DNA from: Octopus bimaculoides
Taxonomy: Eukaryota
Reading direction: 5' to 3'
DNA length: 36,758 nucleotides
NCBI RefSeq assembly: GCF_001194135.2
Contig: NC_068986.1
Span: forward strand, 112,567,824-112,604,581
Within the stretch, counting starts at the first letter, position 1, and each line of letters opens with the position of its first letter. A program made the translations under genes and the position numbers. A model generated the notes under the pieces. That model was not told the origin of the DNA. It made no database searches and saw only the letters and a program-made list of their open reading frames with translations. Below, piece after piece: positions 10,833 to 27,270 of this stretch.

Positions 10833-13560
10833 TAATGTAATACTATGTACTCTATTCGACTCGCAGTACACAAGCACACACACATGTACATATATGCTAC
10901 TCACATATATATTTGAGTGTGTTTGTGTGTGTGTGTGTGTGGGGGGGTTTCTTGTGCACTGGCTTCAAACCACGTATTCAAAATCACGTTTTTTGTGTGG
11001 TTCTTTTACACTACAGCCAGAAAAAACTGTGGGAGATTTCTTAGAACCTTGCTACAACTTTCCAAATGATTCCCTTGATCCCTCTTCACCTCACCCTTCG
11101 TTTAAATTCTCTGCTCTCAAGGAAGAAGTTAGCATACACACACATAGCAACATACTCAGGAACATACACATACACACACATAGCGGAAGAACACGGACTG
11201 ATACACAAGTACATACATGCACACACACATCCACGTATATAGTTGTTGCACTTCGTTGAGTTGATGTTTCTTGAATGTTGTACTTTGTGAACTGGTTCGT
11301 GACCCAAATCCATTCCATCTGTTGATAGTCTGTTCTTGGACAGATTTTGTAAGCCTCGGGGCTTTTCTTTCTTTCTGGTATTGTTATACAATTCTGAATC
11401 TGCTGTCAGATCTATACAAAGCGCAATGACAAACCAGTCACGAAATTGGACGTGCAGAAAAAGACATCTCCCAAAGTAAAGCATATCATATTGATTAATC
11501 TCAAGTACAGACCAGACGGATAATTGAACATCAAAGAGAACGCAAAACAAGAAGTTCTTTCTCAAGTGAAAAAGAGATTTAAAGGACGTATTAAGAATCT
11601 TCCATCATTTTCTCCATTGGGAACACAACTTCGTTTCCATGAGATTTAGCAAATATTTAGAAGAAAAAAAAATCGTAATCTGTATGAAGTAACAATTACG
11701 ATGCGTCTCCTGGAATTATGTACAGCCAAATTGTAATCTTTTGAATTTAAATCAAAGATGAGCCGCTATGATACCACTGGCTGCAGAAGAGTATATATTT
11801 CTAAACCCTCCATCATAAATACGTAATATTTATTCGTTCTTCAAAAATATCTTTTAATCAGATATCAAATATATTCTTCTGATATGGTTATCGCATTGTG
11901 ATTGGTAAGTCTCCAATATAATTTTCTTAATAACTAATATGTTATTTCCTTCAACTCTTCTGAGCGTTTTAGACCGAAAGAAAGCTTTTGAGGTGAGAAT
12001 AATTTGGTCCTGAGGTTTCGCATTCGGAAAAAAAAAAAAATATTAAAGCTTTACATTCTTCCTTCTGCTTGAAGGAAAGTGGCATCGAAATCAACATGAC
12101 CTAGATGTGATTTATATATGTAATTTTAAACTTAACTGAGAAAACTACAAAAAATAAGGTTAATTCGCAACGTCAACTTCGGGATTAGATAACGGGCGTC
12201 AGAACTATCAAATCGCCGTAAAGATGAATAAAACATCCCATAATATCCTTCCGCCTCGTCAAGTGGGGTGTCAGCGATCACCCAGCACAATTATGTGAAC
12301 AGGATTAAACCACACGTTATGCCTAGAACGACGAGAAGAGCATAAATATTCATATATGAATACAGCACTGATAATATTTAGATGGAGGAATGAACGGCTA
12401 TTAGTACAAACTAAATAAAGATGAGACGTCAAGAGTTGTACGGTCGTTAGTAGGAAGGTAAAAATCATCATAAATTATATATTGCTAAATTAGCCACAGG
12501 TCCCGCCGTTCCAACTAACAACAAAATGTTTCCTATCACAAATTCTATACTATTTCTGGAAATGTCGGCAGTATATGCGATAGCAAAAGCAGCCTTATAT
12601 TTCAGTTCCACAATGCGCACAATCTTACCACATGTACGCAATATGAAAGATGTATTTTCGTTGCTGTTGAAGAAATATATGAATTCCGAGAATGAAAATG
12701 CATTTCATATTGGATTCGATAATGAAATGCGTCTGTTCCTAGCTTTGATATCTAGTAAAAATAGTTATCGGTTAATAGCCTGTGTAAATCTTAATCCTAT
12801 TTTTACTTCTATTCTCCACCGCTAACAGTGTGTATTAAAGTGGCTACACCTCATTAGCCTAACTCCTTAAAGTCGCTATGTTATCAAACGCCAAACCTAC
12901 GAAGGTGCAAGCAGGCTTAGTTAAGAATAAAATCAAATTTAAAAACCATATAAATTTCATAAGAATCTTTATACCCATTAAACATTCAGTGTCCTTGATT
13001 TTAGAATGATGGGAGACAACTCAGTTATTTTTACTGTCATCAGAAGACGAAATAGCAATAAAAATACCGTCTATTAGTTGCACAATGTTGAGATTAACTT
13101 TATCATTAAGATTAATCGTAACGTTCGCAATTACAAAGATGCCGAATAAGCTTTATGTGTCTAATTCATTAAATTCCAACCACAATATTATCAAACTGAT
13201 ATTAAACTATATATAGAGGTACCCGAAATAAAACTACCTCATGAAGTGAATGAGTTATGATTACTGTAATTAACAATCGTCAGAGCAGCCTCACTATACA
13301 TACCTTGCTGACATTAATGCAACCTTTAGTAACAATTTTATTATCAGGAACGGATCGGCTATTATCAATAATCAATGACTGGGGATCGAAAAGAAAAAAA
13401 ATTATTCCATCGGAAGCGCCAAGGTGTACAACATAATCACAAGAGTTAAAGAATGGAAACTGAGTAATTCATAACCATGTCAACCTCAAAATCGGCTCTT
13501 TATCGTCCCTATGCTAAACACACACACTCTCACACAGACAAACACACATGCACACTCTCG

Positions 13561-13569
<9 letters not shown>

Positions 13570-13613
<44 letters not shown>
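13570..13613. repeat. (CA)n microsatellite
   Basis: Direct reading. Confidence 0.95.
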
Positions 13614-13616
<3 letters not shown>

Positions 13617-14239
13617 TGCACATACTCAATATACAGTGAGGAATATATATGTAGTGCTGGCTACTTTTATTTATGTGTATTTACGTGTGTGAATTTGCTC
13701 ATTTTTTTTTATCCAGATATTTTCAATTTCACTACACAGTCATGGAATCATTGCTGGGAAACACTGTTTATATCAAAAGTTACTGTTCTGATTAGCACAT
13801 TTCAACAACAACAACAACAACAAATAACGAATGTGTGAAGCTAAGAGTTGAAATATGTGTCTTTGGCTTGAAGGGTGTTAGTTCATTACAGCCAACGCTG
13901 TTCGCATTCCTCGTGAAATGTTTGTCTCGTTCTACTTATAACTCACCGAACTGACACACTGTGCTAGAAAGCGTCTTGTTTAAACACATAAAGAAATCAA
14001 TTTTCGTGTAATTGACCCCTGAAGCTCAATATTTCTCAAAAACTCTCTATGTAGCCAATTAGTGAATTCGCTTCCACTGAGAAGAGTAGAATCAGAAAGT
14101 TAAAGCAAGAATTCTAATATTCAGTGAAGAAATACAGAAATAACCTTCTTCCAACTCAGTGTAAAGACAACTATTTTCAAGCTTGATATTTCAGATTTTT
14201 GAATTTTATTAAACGGAATTCTAGGCGAGAACACATTCG

Positions 14240-14390
14240 GTTTATGCTGAGCTTTCCCACAATTTTTCCCGAGATTCAGGAATTGTGACAGTTTGGAAGG
14301 GTGTATTTACTCGTTCCTATTTTCAAAAATGCGGTTGGGAGGTTTCTATGAAACTGTATTAGTAGAGCATTCACCTCAGCATTATTCTAC
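14240..14390 (+). mobile_element. Possible CR1/L2-like RT N-terminal scrap
   Basis: DSGIV..WK..LVPIFKN resembles SGxVPxxWKxAxVxPIFKKG; short and frameshifted. Confidence 0.3.
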
Positions 14391-14859
14391 CACTTGCCCC
14401 CGGAATACAGTTAGCTTACCAATACTTGTATAGAATTATTCGCAGGGACATTTTATTTACTATTACTAGAATACAGGTATCAAGACGTGTTAGTGTAGAA
14501 TTCTTCCCACCAAATTTGCAGAGAATTCCTTTTGTGAAACTAGTTTAAACATTAGAGCACTTTACCTTCCTACACAACTGTCTTTGGCAGAAACATGTTT
14601 TTGCTGCATAAGCAACAGCTGTCACTCCATTGCAAACCGCTTTGTCTTCTGCCATCGATTATCATAAAATTACAATGCCAGTGTTTTCCGTTGTTTCTTT
14701 CTTTTTTTGTATTTTTTTGGTTTGTGCAATTGAATATAGGCTCCATAATAAGGAAGGTAAAAAAGAACAGTTGGAAGAAGATAATGGAAGCATGTGTCAG
14801 CAATCTGTAGCAAATGTCAGATAAATACAATTAATGGAGAATGGATAATATTTGTGTTT

Positions 14860-15700
14860 TATGAAAGGAAGAGAATATTAATGTTTTGGGCAACGCTCGA
14901 ATAGTAGACGGAAAAAGATATCAGCATAAAAGACTGAAGAATACGGGAATAACTTCGAGGACAAGAGAATGAAAAAACTACATGAGAAAGAAATGAAGAA
15001 GGCTGTATAAGATGAATGCAAACAACAAGAGTGAAGAATATACTTTGTAAAGAAGTATAACAGATTACACGATTAAAGAAAGGTAAATGTGATACAATGA
15101 GAATAGAAAAAAATATAAAGGAAATAAACTTAAAGCGAAAGAACGAACGTGGAGAAGAAAAGAAAAGAAGGAGGACAGTTATATAAGGAAAAATGAATGA
15201 ATGTGCAAACATCTGAAGAAGTTTATGACAATAAAAGGACTTAGATTACAAATTAACGTAATTAAATGTGCAAGAATATAATATGGAATAGAGATAACGA
15301 GATGAGAGTAGAGGAGAGAAGGAAGAAGAGACTGAAGTATGTTGCTAGAATAGAAAGTAAAAGAATAGTGGAATAGGAAAGAGAGTGTAAAAATAGAGCA
15401 AAGAACAATGGAAGGGAAAAAAGGATATGAAAGTGCAAGAATAGAACAGGGAAAAGTGAATGAATGAGATGGAGAAAAATAGTAGATTAAGCTGAAAAAC
15501 AAAGTTAGATTAAGGTGAAAGAGAATAGAGGAATAGAATATGGAAGAATGGTCGAAAATTGTGACGGAGATAGAATAAAAGAATGGAGATTAGAAGAATG
15601 GAGAAATACGGTTGCAGAAGTAATTAATCCAATATTGTGCAGAAAAATAATTCTTTATTACGTTGAGATCAGATTAGAGATACAAAAGTATTATTAATTA
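14860..15700 (+). repeat. Purine-rich low-complexity block with scattered GAATA(G) words
   Basis: Strong A/G excess on the + strand. Confidence 0.7.
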
Positions 15701-15779
15701 ATTAGATGTAAGGGTCATTTAGTCAGGATCAACATCTTGGCGTCTCGTCTCTCTGTTAGGCTTAAATACTAGAATTTTT

Positions 15780-16800
<1,021 letters not shown>

Positions 16801-17036
16801 CAATGTGTGCATATTTGCTAACACACACACACACAAACACGTATACATACATAGATACATGCGTGCATACATACATACATGCATACAAACACACGCACAC
16901 ACACTCAAAGACACATACACACGTAAACACAGACACACATATACATATGCGCACGTATGTTTGTGTGTGTGTCTCTGTATGTTTGTGTGTGCGTGTGTGA
17001 CAGACAGAGAGAGGGGTGGAGAAGGACACCGTATGA

Positions 17037-17205
17037 TCTAGTGGTTTGTGTGTGGAACGAGAGACGGTTTCAATGGCCTCACTGGTCGGTGCGTTTTGTT
17101 CTTCAGTAAAATATTTCCTGCGCGTTGCTCTCCGATCACTTCGACACCTGACGACGTGTGGCACCTCTGTTCAGACAGGTCGTTCAAGAAATTGCGGAAA
17201 AGTTT
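17037..17205 (+). mobile_element. Probable tRNA-derived SINE (SINE3), decayed
   Basis: ctagtggttt..ggtttcaatggcc (A-box and B-box remnants), then tgttcttcagtaaaatatttc..gcgttgctctccgatcacttcgacacctgacg. Confidence 0.5.
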
Positions 17206-17269
17206 TATTTTCTCGGACAAGGAGACGCTACCATTCCTTCTCCACCTCAGTCTCCTTCTCCTCCATCTC

Positions 17270-17350
17270 CACCACCACCACCACCACCACCACCTCCTCC
17301 TCCTCCTCCTCCTCCTCCTCCTCCTCCTCATCATCATTATCATCATCATG
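17270..17350. repeat. Compound (CAC)n-(CTC)n-(CAT)n
   Basis: Direct reading. Confidence 0.93.
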
Positions 17351-17369
17351 ATATTATCTAACATACAAA

Positions 17370-17710
17370 AACTTTAAATGCGAGAATGAGAGAAATGCAT
17401 TGGGGTTTGGAAAATTCATACCTGGAAACCCGGGTGTTTTGGTCAACATCCTTAAATAACCCTTATTCGGGGATCTTTTGAGCGGGATGGGCTACTCGAC
17501 ACGAAGAAAATTCTAATTGGGCCCCACCTGCAAGGTCATGCACTGTTTATCTCAGTATGAGATCACTATATCGCGCGCAAACGGTTGTGATGCATGTGCC
17601 TGGTGTACCATTATCAGACGGTTAGCCATGACGGGTATAATGGACTTCAGATATCTTACCCCAGTGTCACTTTGTTAGCATGCACTACTCTCTCACTCAA
17701 TAATAATAAC
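17370..17710 (+). mobile_element. Interspersed repeat X copy 1 (non-coding retroposon 3' end with TAA tail)
   Basis: Colinear with 35218-35470 (gggatgggctactc..gcaaggtcatgc..cagacgg..ttaccccagtgtcactttg..gcatgcact..ctctcactcaataat). Confidence 0.8.
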
Positions 17711-17721
17711 GATATCAATAA

Positions 17722-18192
17722 TAAGAGATGCCACGACAATATAGCCAGGCTTGTCCATTGGACACTTTGCAACAAGTATGGACTTGACAGAGCAAAACAT
17801 TGGTACGACCACAAACCCGAAGGCATAATCGAAAATAGAAATGCGAAGATCCTGTGAGATTTTATGATTCAGTGAGACCATGAGATAGAGAATAGGAAGT
17901 CAGACATAGTCTTAATTGAGAAAGAAAACAAACGATGCTGGATCTTAGATATAGCATGCCCAGCTGACATCAAGGTATGCGATAAGGAGGAAAGAAAAGT
18001 CGATATATATGAAAGGTTAGCTTGGAACAAATCGGGGCTGTAATAAGGCTAGAGCACTTGCAGAAAATAGCATTGCTTGGAACCTCTCGAATACTCCGAA
18101 AGATGCTCGAAAAATAAGAGGTGTTACCTTAGTTCATTGGTAGTGAGCAGCTGACACTGTAGTACATCTGCAGCGTTTGAAGCTTTGCAAAG
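17722..18192 (+). mobile_element. 5'-truncated R4/Dong-like element, family A copy 2 (REL domain)
   Basis: KRCHDNIARLVHWTLCNKYGLDRAKHWYDHKPEGIIENRNAKIL*DF..RKSDIVLIEKENKRCWILDIACPADIKVCDKEERKVDIYERLAW. This is a PD-(D/E)xK-type REL motif set; the 3'UTR is as in copies 1 and 3. Confidence 0.93.
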
Positions 18193-18196
18193 ACAA

Positions 18197-18389
<193 letters not shown>

Positions 18390-18790
18390 AAATCCTAAAT
18401 ATTGTCATACCTGTGGATGCTCACGTTGGTGACAAAGAGATGAAAAAGATGGAAAAATACGAGAGGCTAAATATTGAAGTTGCAAGATTGTGCACAATAA
18501 GGAGAACAACTGTTATCCCAGTAGTTTTAGGAGGAGGCGGAACACTAAGAACCAAGTTCGAGGAATTTGTCGAAAAATGTAGAATTGGCAGAAAACTATT
18601 GGTGAAAACTATGGTTTTGAGGTTGGCGGTTGAGTGTTGAGTATATTCCATGAAGCATAACACGTGTGTGTTAGTCTTATAAGTTATGGAAAGAGACTGT
18701 GATACCTGTGGCAGCAGGATGCTCTCCTCTCCCACAGAATTAGCTAGAGGAAGTCAAATCTAGGGCTCTGAGTAGTAAAATATAACAATA
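18390..18790 (+). mobile_element. 5'-truncated REL fragment, family C
   Basis: IVIPVDAHVGDKEMKKMEKYERLNIEVARLCTIRRTTVIPVVLGGGG (ORF 18413-18640); putative 3'UTR ends in aataacaataat. Confidence 0.8.
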
Positions 18791-18798
18791 ATCCATAC

Positions 18799-19007
18799 CA
18801 CTATAAGCTCAAGGGTTGAAATTTTGTGGAGGTGGGGCAAGTTCGATAACGTCGACTCCAGTGTTTTACATGTATTTAATTTATCGACCCCGAAAGGATG
18901 AAAGGCAAAATCGACCTCTGCGGAATTTGAACTCACAACGTTGCGACAGGCGAAGCACCACTAAGCATTTCGCCCGGCGCGCTAACGCTTCTGCCAGCTC
19001 ACCGCTT
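18799..19007 (-). mobile_element. tRNA-derived SINE1
   Basis: Reverse complement has agctggcagaagcgttag (A-box-like), gagttcaaattcc (B-box) and the central gcctttcatcctttcggggtcgataaa. Confidence 0.88.
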
Positions 19008-19026
19008 CAATACTAATGATAATAGT

Positions 19027-19230
19027 CTTTCCTACTATAGGCACAAGGCCTGAAATTTGTTGGTGGATGGGGGGCAGTCGATTACATCGGACTATGTATT
19101 TCAGCGCTATTTCATTTATCGACCCCGAAACGAGGAAGGGCAAAGTCAAATTCAGGAGAATTTGAACTCAGAACGTAGCGGCGGACGCATTTTGCCCGGC
19201 TTGCTAACGATTCTGCAAGCTCGCCGCCTT
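19027..19230 (-). mobile_element. tRNA-derived SINE1, tandem second copy
   Basis: Colinear with 18799-19007; short internal deletion in the tRNA-like part. Confidence 0.88.
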
Positions 19231-19261
19231 AATGATGATGATGATGATGATGATAATAATA

Positions 19262-19777
19262 ACACTTTGCAACAAGTATGAACTTGATAGAGCAAAAAAT
19301 TGGTACGACCACAAACCTGAAGGCATTGTCGAAAATTGAAATGCAAAGATCCTATGGGATTTTATGATTCAGTGCGACCATGAAATAGAGAATAGGAAGC
19401 CGGACAGGAAGAAAACAAACTATGCTGGATCGTAGATATAGCATGCCCAGGTGAGAACGAGGTATGCGATAAGGAAGAAAGAAAAGTCGATAGATATGAC
19501 AGGTTAGCTTCGGAAGTAAAGCAGTCTTGGTCGATGAAAAAGTTAGCAGTAGTACAGATAATTGTCGGAGCCCTGGGAACAGTGAGCAAAAATCTTGAGA
19601 AGTACATGGAACAAATAGGGGCTGCAATAAGGGTGGATCACTTGCAGAAAACAGCACTGCTTGGAACCGCTCGGATACTCCGAAAGGTGCTCGAAAAATA
19701 AGAGGTGTTACCTTAGTACACTGGTAGTGAACAGCTGACACTGTAGTACATCTCCAGCGTTAGAAGCTGTGCAAAGG
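19262..19777 (+). mobile_element. 5'-truncated R4/Dong-like element, family A copy 3
   Basis: TLCNKYELDRAKNWYDHKPEGIVEN..KILWDFMIQCDHEIENRKPD..IVGALGTVSKNLEKYMEQIGAAIRVDHLQKTALLGTARILRKVLEK* (stop 19699-19701). Confidence 0.95.
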
Positions 19778-19778
19778 T

Positions 19779-19842
<64 letters not shown>
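19779..19842. repeat. (TAA)n between family A copy 3 and family D
   Basis: Perfect run. Confidence 0.97.
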
Positions 19843-19843
<1 letters not shown>

Positions 19844-20730
19844 CATCGATCATGTTGTCTCCATGTGCAGTCTGCTTGCGCCTACAGAGTATCTCAACAG
19901 GCATGATAGAGCTGCACAATATATTCACTGGGTAATATGCAAAAACCTGGACTTGCCCCATGATAAAANNNNNNNNNNNNNNNNNNNNNNNNNNNNNNNN
20001 NNNNNNNNNNNNNNNNNNNNNNNNNNNNNNNNNNNNNNNNNNNNNNNNNNNNNNNNNNNNNNNNNNNNNNNNNNNNNNNNNNNNNNNNNNNNNNNNNNNN
20101 NNNNNNNNNNNNNNNNNNNNNNNNNNNNNNNNNNNNNNNNNNNNNNNNNNNNNNNNNNNNNNNNNNNNNNNNNNNNNNNNNNNNNNNNNNNNNNNNNNNN
20201 NNNNNNNNNNNNNNNNNNNNNNNNNNNNNNNNNNNNNNNNNNNNNNNNNNNNNNNNNNNNNNNNNNNNNNNNNNNNNNNNNNNNNNNNNNNNNNNNNNNN
20301 NNNNNNNNNNNNNNNNNNNNNNNNNNNNNNNNNNNNNNNNNNNNNNNNNNNNNNNNNNNNNNNNNNNNNNNNNNNNNNNNNNNNNNNNNNNNNNNNNNNN
20401 NNNNNNNNNNNNNNNNNNNNNNNNNNNNNNNNNNNNNNNNNNNNNNNNNNNNNNNNNNNNNNNNNNNNNNNNNNNNCTGAAGTCCAAAAGATAGTGCTCA
20501 TGGGAACTGCCCATATCCTACGTAAAATACTGTCTATGTGATCTCAAATTTTAAAGCAAACATAATTTTCTTATGGTTTCTTAAACATTCACTTGAACAA
20601 AACTGTACAAATCCAAATATATGGTACCCTAGGCATAACACCTACATGAACTTCTAACTTGTTGTCTCTTGAGGTCTCTGGGTGAGACTTGGATCCAACT
20701 TGTACAAATGCAAAACAAAAGTCAAACATA
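19843..20730 (+). mobile_element. 5'-truncated R4/Dong-like element, family D, spanning a gap
   Basis: TIDHVVSMCSLLAPTEYLNRHDRAAQYIHWVICKNLDLPHDK, N 19969-20476, EVQKIVLMGTAHILRKILSM*, then a 3'UTR ending in (TAA)n. Confidence 0.9.
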
Positions 20731-20731
20731 A

Positions 20732-20768
<37 letters not shown>
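20732..20768. repeat. (TAA)n 3' of family D
   Basis: Perfect run. Confidence 0.96.
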
Positions 20769-20769
<1 letters not shown>

Positions 20770-21019
20770 ATATATTCACAGATACACACGCAGGCACACA
20801 CACACACACACACAATCAAACACACCTAGATATGTATACGTTTATATACGTGTGTGGAAATAAGTTTTGCCCTTGTTTCCATGACCTCTGTTGTTGGAAA
20901 TCGCTTTTCGTCCAATTCATAGCATCTGTCTCTTTACTCCTCTCCAACTCACACACTTTGTATCATTCTTTATTTCTTCGGCCCCTATCTAACACTGTTC
21001 CCCATTCAGAATTAGAACC

Positions 21020-24070
<3,051 letters not shown>

Positions 24071-24629
24071 TATGTGCATTGTTATCAATGCATGTATATC
24101 ATGCTATGTTCATTTACGTTTGTTTCTACCGTTTCTGTCCCTCCTCTTTATTTTTCAAGTAGCTGCTGCTCATACTCGTAACATATATGCGTCTTTTGTT
24201 AGAAATCCGAATAAAATCTCATACATGTCCACTAATAATGAAATAAATATTTATACAAGAATATTCAGAAATACTCGTTCCACATTAATACTTGTTTCCA
24301 TGTACATATTATGAATAAGAATGGCTTATAAATGGTAATGGTTAATAAAAAAAAAAAAAATGAAGAACGGAAAAATCAAAAACACAAAAAAAGCAATGTT
24401 TGGAAATACATAAATCGAGGAACAATGTGTCCAACTCTTCCCCGTCATGGTGGTTCTAACAAGATATTTCTGTATTGAATTTCATGGCTGGGAAATAAAT
24501 TGGTAATGAGAGACGATGGTAACAAACTCGTCGAATTAAATGTATATGTTTGAAGAATTATTTAATACAAATGCATGCTATATGCTACAATATCCATCCT
24601 AGAAGCACGAATGGACACTTCGTGTTTAT

Positions 24630-24631
24630 AA

Positions 24632-24695
<64 letters not shown>

Positions 24696-24733
24696 CATTA
24701 TTATTATTATTATTATGATTATTATTATTATTA
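24630..24733. repeat. (ATT)n microsatellite
   Basis: Direct reading; opposite polarity to the TAA arrays that flank REL elements. Confidence 0.96.
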
Positions 24734-24899
24734 ATCTTTTAAACAAAGAAAAGAAGAACCGAAGAAATAGCAGAATGAGGGAAGAAAGTTATTATGCCGA
24801 ATCGTGTTCTGGAATACAGAATAAAGAGGTTCATATATGTCCACATTGAAGACACTTTCTAATACTGGCACCAGACTAGCAATTTTAAACTTATTTGGA

Positions 24900-25040
24900 C
24901 CACGGGGCTCAAATGTTTCTTATTTTGTCGATAGTGAATGGTTGAAATGTAAAGTCGATCTCTGTAGAATTAGAAGTCAAAACGTAAAGAGCTCGATGAA
25001 ATGTCGCTAGACATATACCACGATGCACTACCGATTTTTA
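24900..25040 (-). mobile_element. SINE1, old diverged copy
   Basis: tattttgtcgatagtgaatggttgaaatgtaaagtcgatctctgtagaattagaagtcaaaacgtaaagag matches the SINE1 core. Confidence 0.65.
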
Positions 25041-26449
25041 TATTAGAAGAAAAGAAGTGTTATTATTGAAGATGAAAGACGAAATTGTTTGACCTACACC
25101 CTATTATCTGCAAGGATACCAATGAACGCTGATAATGATGTTATCGTTTACACTTCTTGTTTGTGTTTTTTCCTCTCTTCATATCTTTTTTTCCTTTCGT
25201 GAATTATAAGATACGTAATATATTGCTCCACTTTATATAATTCGTGACATAAGTGCATGGAACCGAGAAAGTCTAGAGATGCAGAAATGTGCTTTAGGTA
25301 TTCTCTTTAGCCGTTCCTGGACGATTTTTGTCTGCAGCTGATATTTTTTTTATATTTTTTTTATTTTTAGACACTATACACCGGATGAATCAATTTGCCG
25401 TTCCCAACGTATCTGCATTAAGCATGATACACATGTGGTTTGTTTAGTCTAATATTGCTTTTGTTGCATATAGTGGATAATCTGTGTGATCCATTTCATA
25501 GTTCTGTGGATGTTGAGGTTGATAACATTATCTCCTCTTACTGCGCGTATATCTTTGAAACTAATCATGGAAAGGCTTCAGTGACACAGCACAGGGAGTA
25601 GAGTAAAATGACCCCGGTTATCTTATTTCTTTTTTTTTTTTTTTTTTTTTTTTAGTAAGGTTGTTAGTCCAAAACGGTGTCTAAATTGCCATCATGGATT
25701 CAATCTTAAGAAATTGGTCTTCATTTCATCATGTTCTGATTAAGAATTCCTCTGAGAGTTATTTAGTTCCGTATTCCAAGCACGCTAAAATAAAATTTAG
25801 AAACAAAACCTTTTGCTGCTATTATGGTCTTGTGCCTAGGTTAAAGTCTTTACCTTTGATTCTAAGAAATACATCGATATTTTAGGCGACAGTGTAAGTA
25901 ATAAAATATTAAGCAATCAGCATAAGTAGCAAGCAACAAGGAAACATGTCTCGTTGTGTTATTTAATTATTTCGAAAGGCAACACGAATTTATGACATCT
26001 TAAATCGATGAACAGAATTCATTGCCATTTGTACAGTCCAGAGTGAAATTCCACAGAGATCAGGTCAACTTTGCTAATATATCATTTATGAATCGATAAA
26101 TTATTTACTGAATAGATTCACAGTCATTCAAGAATCGATAAACCCAACGCAGAAACAAACACGAAATGCCCATAATTAGTTAACATGTTCGGTGTTGCTG
26201 GTTTCTATTGTTGTTTATTGAGAGTTCAACCCTGATCAAATGTTTTACCCCCATGACTTTCGTGTCTTGTAATGACATTTTTTATGAAGAAATATTTTAC
26301 ATTATACTATCGTTTCCGAAAATTGGCCTCCCAAGATTCCTCTCATATGGCTGAAACGTCTCCAGTTCTTTCTGCTTAATTATGAGTTTCTTTTTTGCAT
26401 GTGATGTTCTGGAGATAAATATTTTCTTTTAATAGTTTCAATGAGACAA

Positions 26450-27270
26450 TTGTGTCTTGATGGAACTGCCTATTTCTTCTGCTGTATTTGTTTTAGGCCG
26501 TGTGTCAGTGTAATTGTCTTCTAAAGAGACAAGCTTGTTCACCTTTGTTTCATGTGGTAGGATTTTGGTGCCAGCTTTTCTTTTACCTTTCCTTTCAATC
26601 GTGCTCCAAAAGCTGCTAAGATATGGTATACACGCTAGTAGAATCAATGCTCATGATGGATTCAAATTTCTTTCTAGTTCCTCTGTACACCTTGAGCTAG
26701 TTCTAACCAGAATTCTCGGTTCAGAGCGGCTCACTGGCAGAACAGGATCATATGAGCTATACTATGCAAATGAGTGCAGGGTTGTTTTACTGTCTCATTA
26801 AAAGTCTATCCGTTGTTCAGTATCGAAAGGTGGTATCATTTTGTTGGGGCATTTAGATGGTTAATCGATAGTAACTCTTCTCTTGTTGCGTGGAAAGATT
26901 TATTGTATACGAGGACATTCTTAATATATGTCTAGCTATTTCCTTGATGTCAAGTTGTGAAATGTCTTGAATTACAATATTTATAACATCTGCCTGACGA
27001 TAGTTTACAATTCGAAGTATCTGTTGCATATCGCATTATATGATGAATGCTGTGGCTACGTTTCCAGCAATGTCAGCACCGATGGCCGCAGCCTTCTCTC
27101 GATTATATAATTTATCATTAAATTAAAATATATAACCTTTTTGTATCGGATTTATACTATCATTAACAGCATGTGCTAAAATCCTTCTGGCTTGATCGTG
27201 TCTACTGTAATCTGAAATGACGAGGCCAGCTTTTTCAACTTTTAAAGGGGTTCGTCTTTATGCCCAAAGT
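26450..27270 (-). mobile_element. Penelope-like RT relic of a second, divergent type
   Basis: Minus-strand translation gives RILAHAV..GYIF*FNDKLYNREKAAAIGADIAGNVATAF, YRQADVINIV (decayed YVDD motif), VTID*PSKCPNKMIPPFD and RILVRTS. Heavily mutated. Confidence 0.65.

Noticed and set aside
13015-13050. CUGAUGA followed by a CAGU/ACUG stem on the - strand
   Set aside because: No GAAA after the stem and no cleavage triplet with stem I; likely chance.
18799-19230. SINE heads as genuine tRNA genes
   Set aside because: A and B boxes are present, but there is no cloverleaf, and they continue into a shared non-tRNA body found four times in the window.
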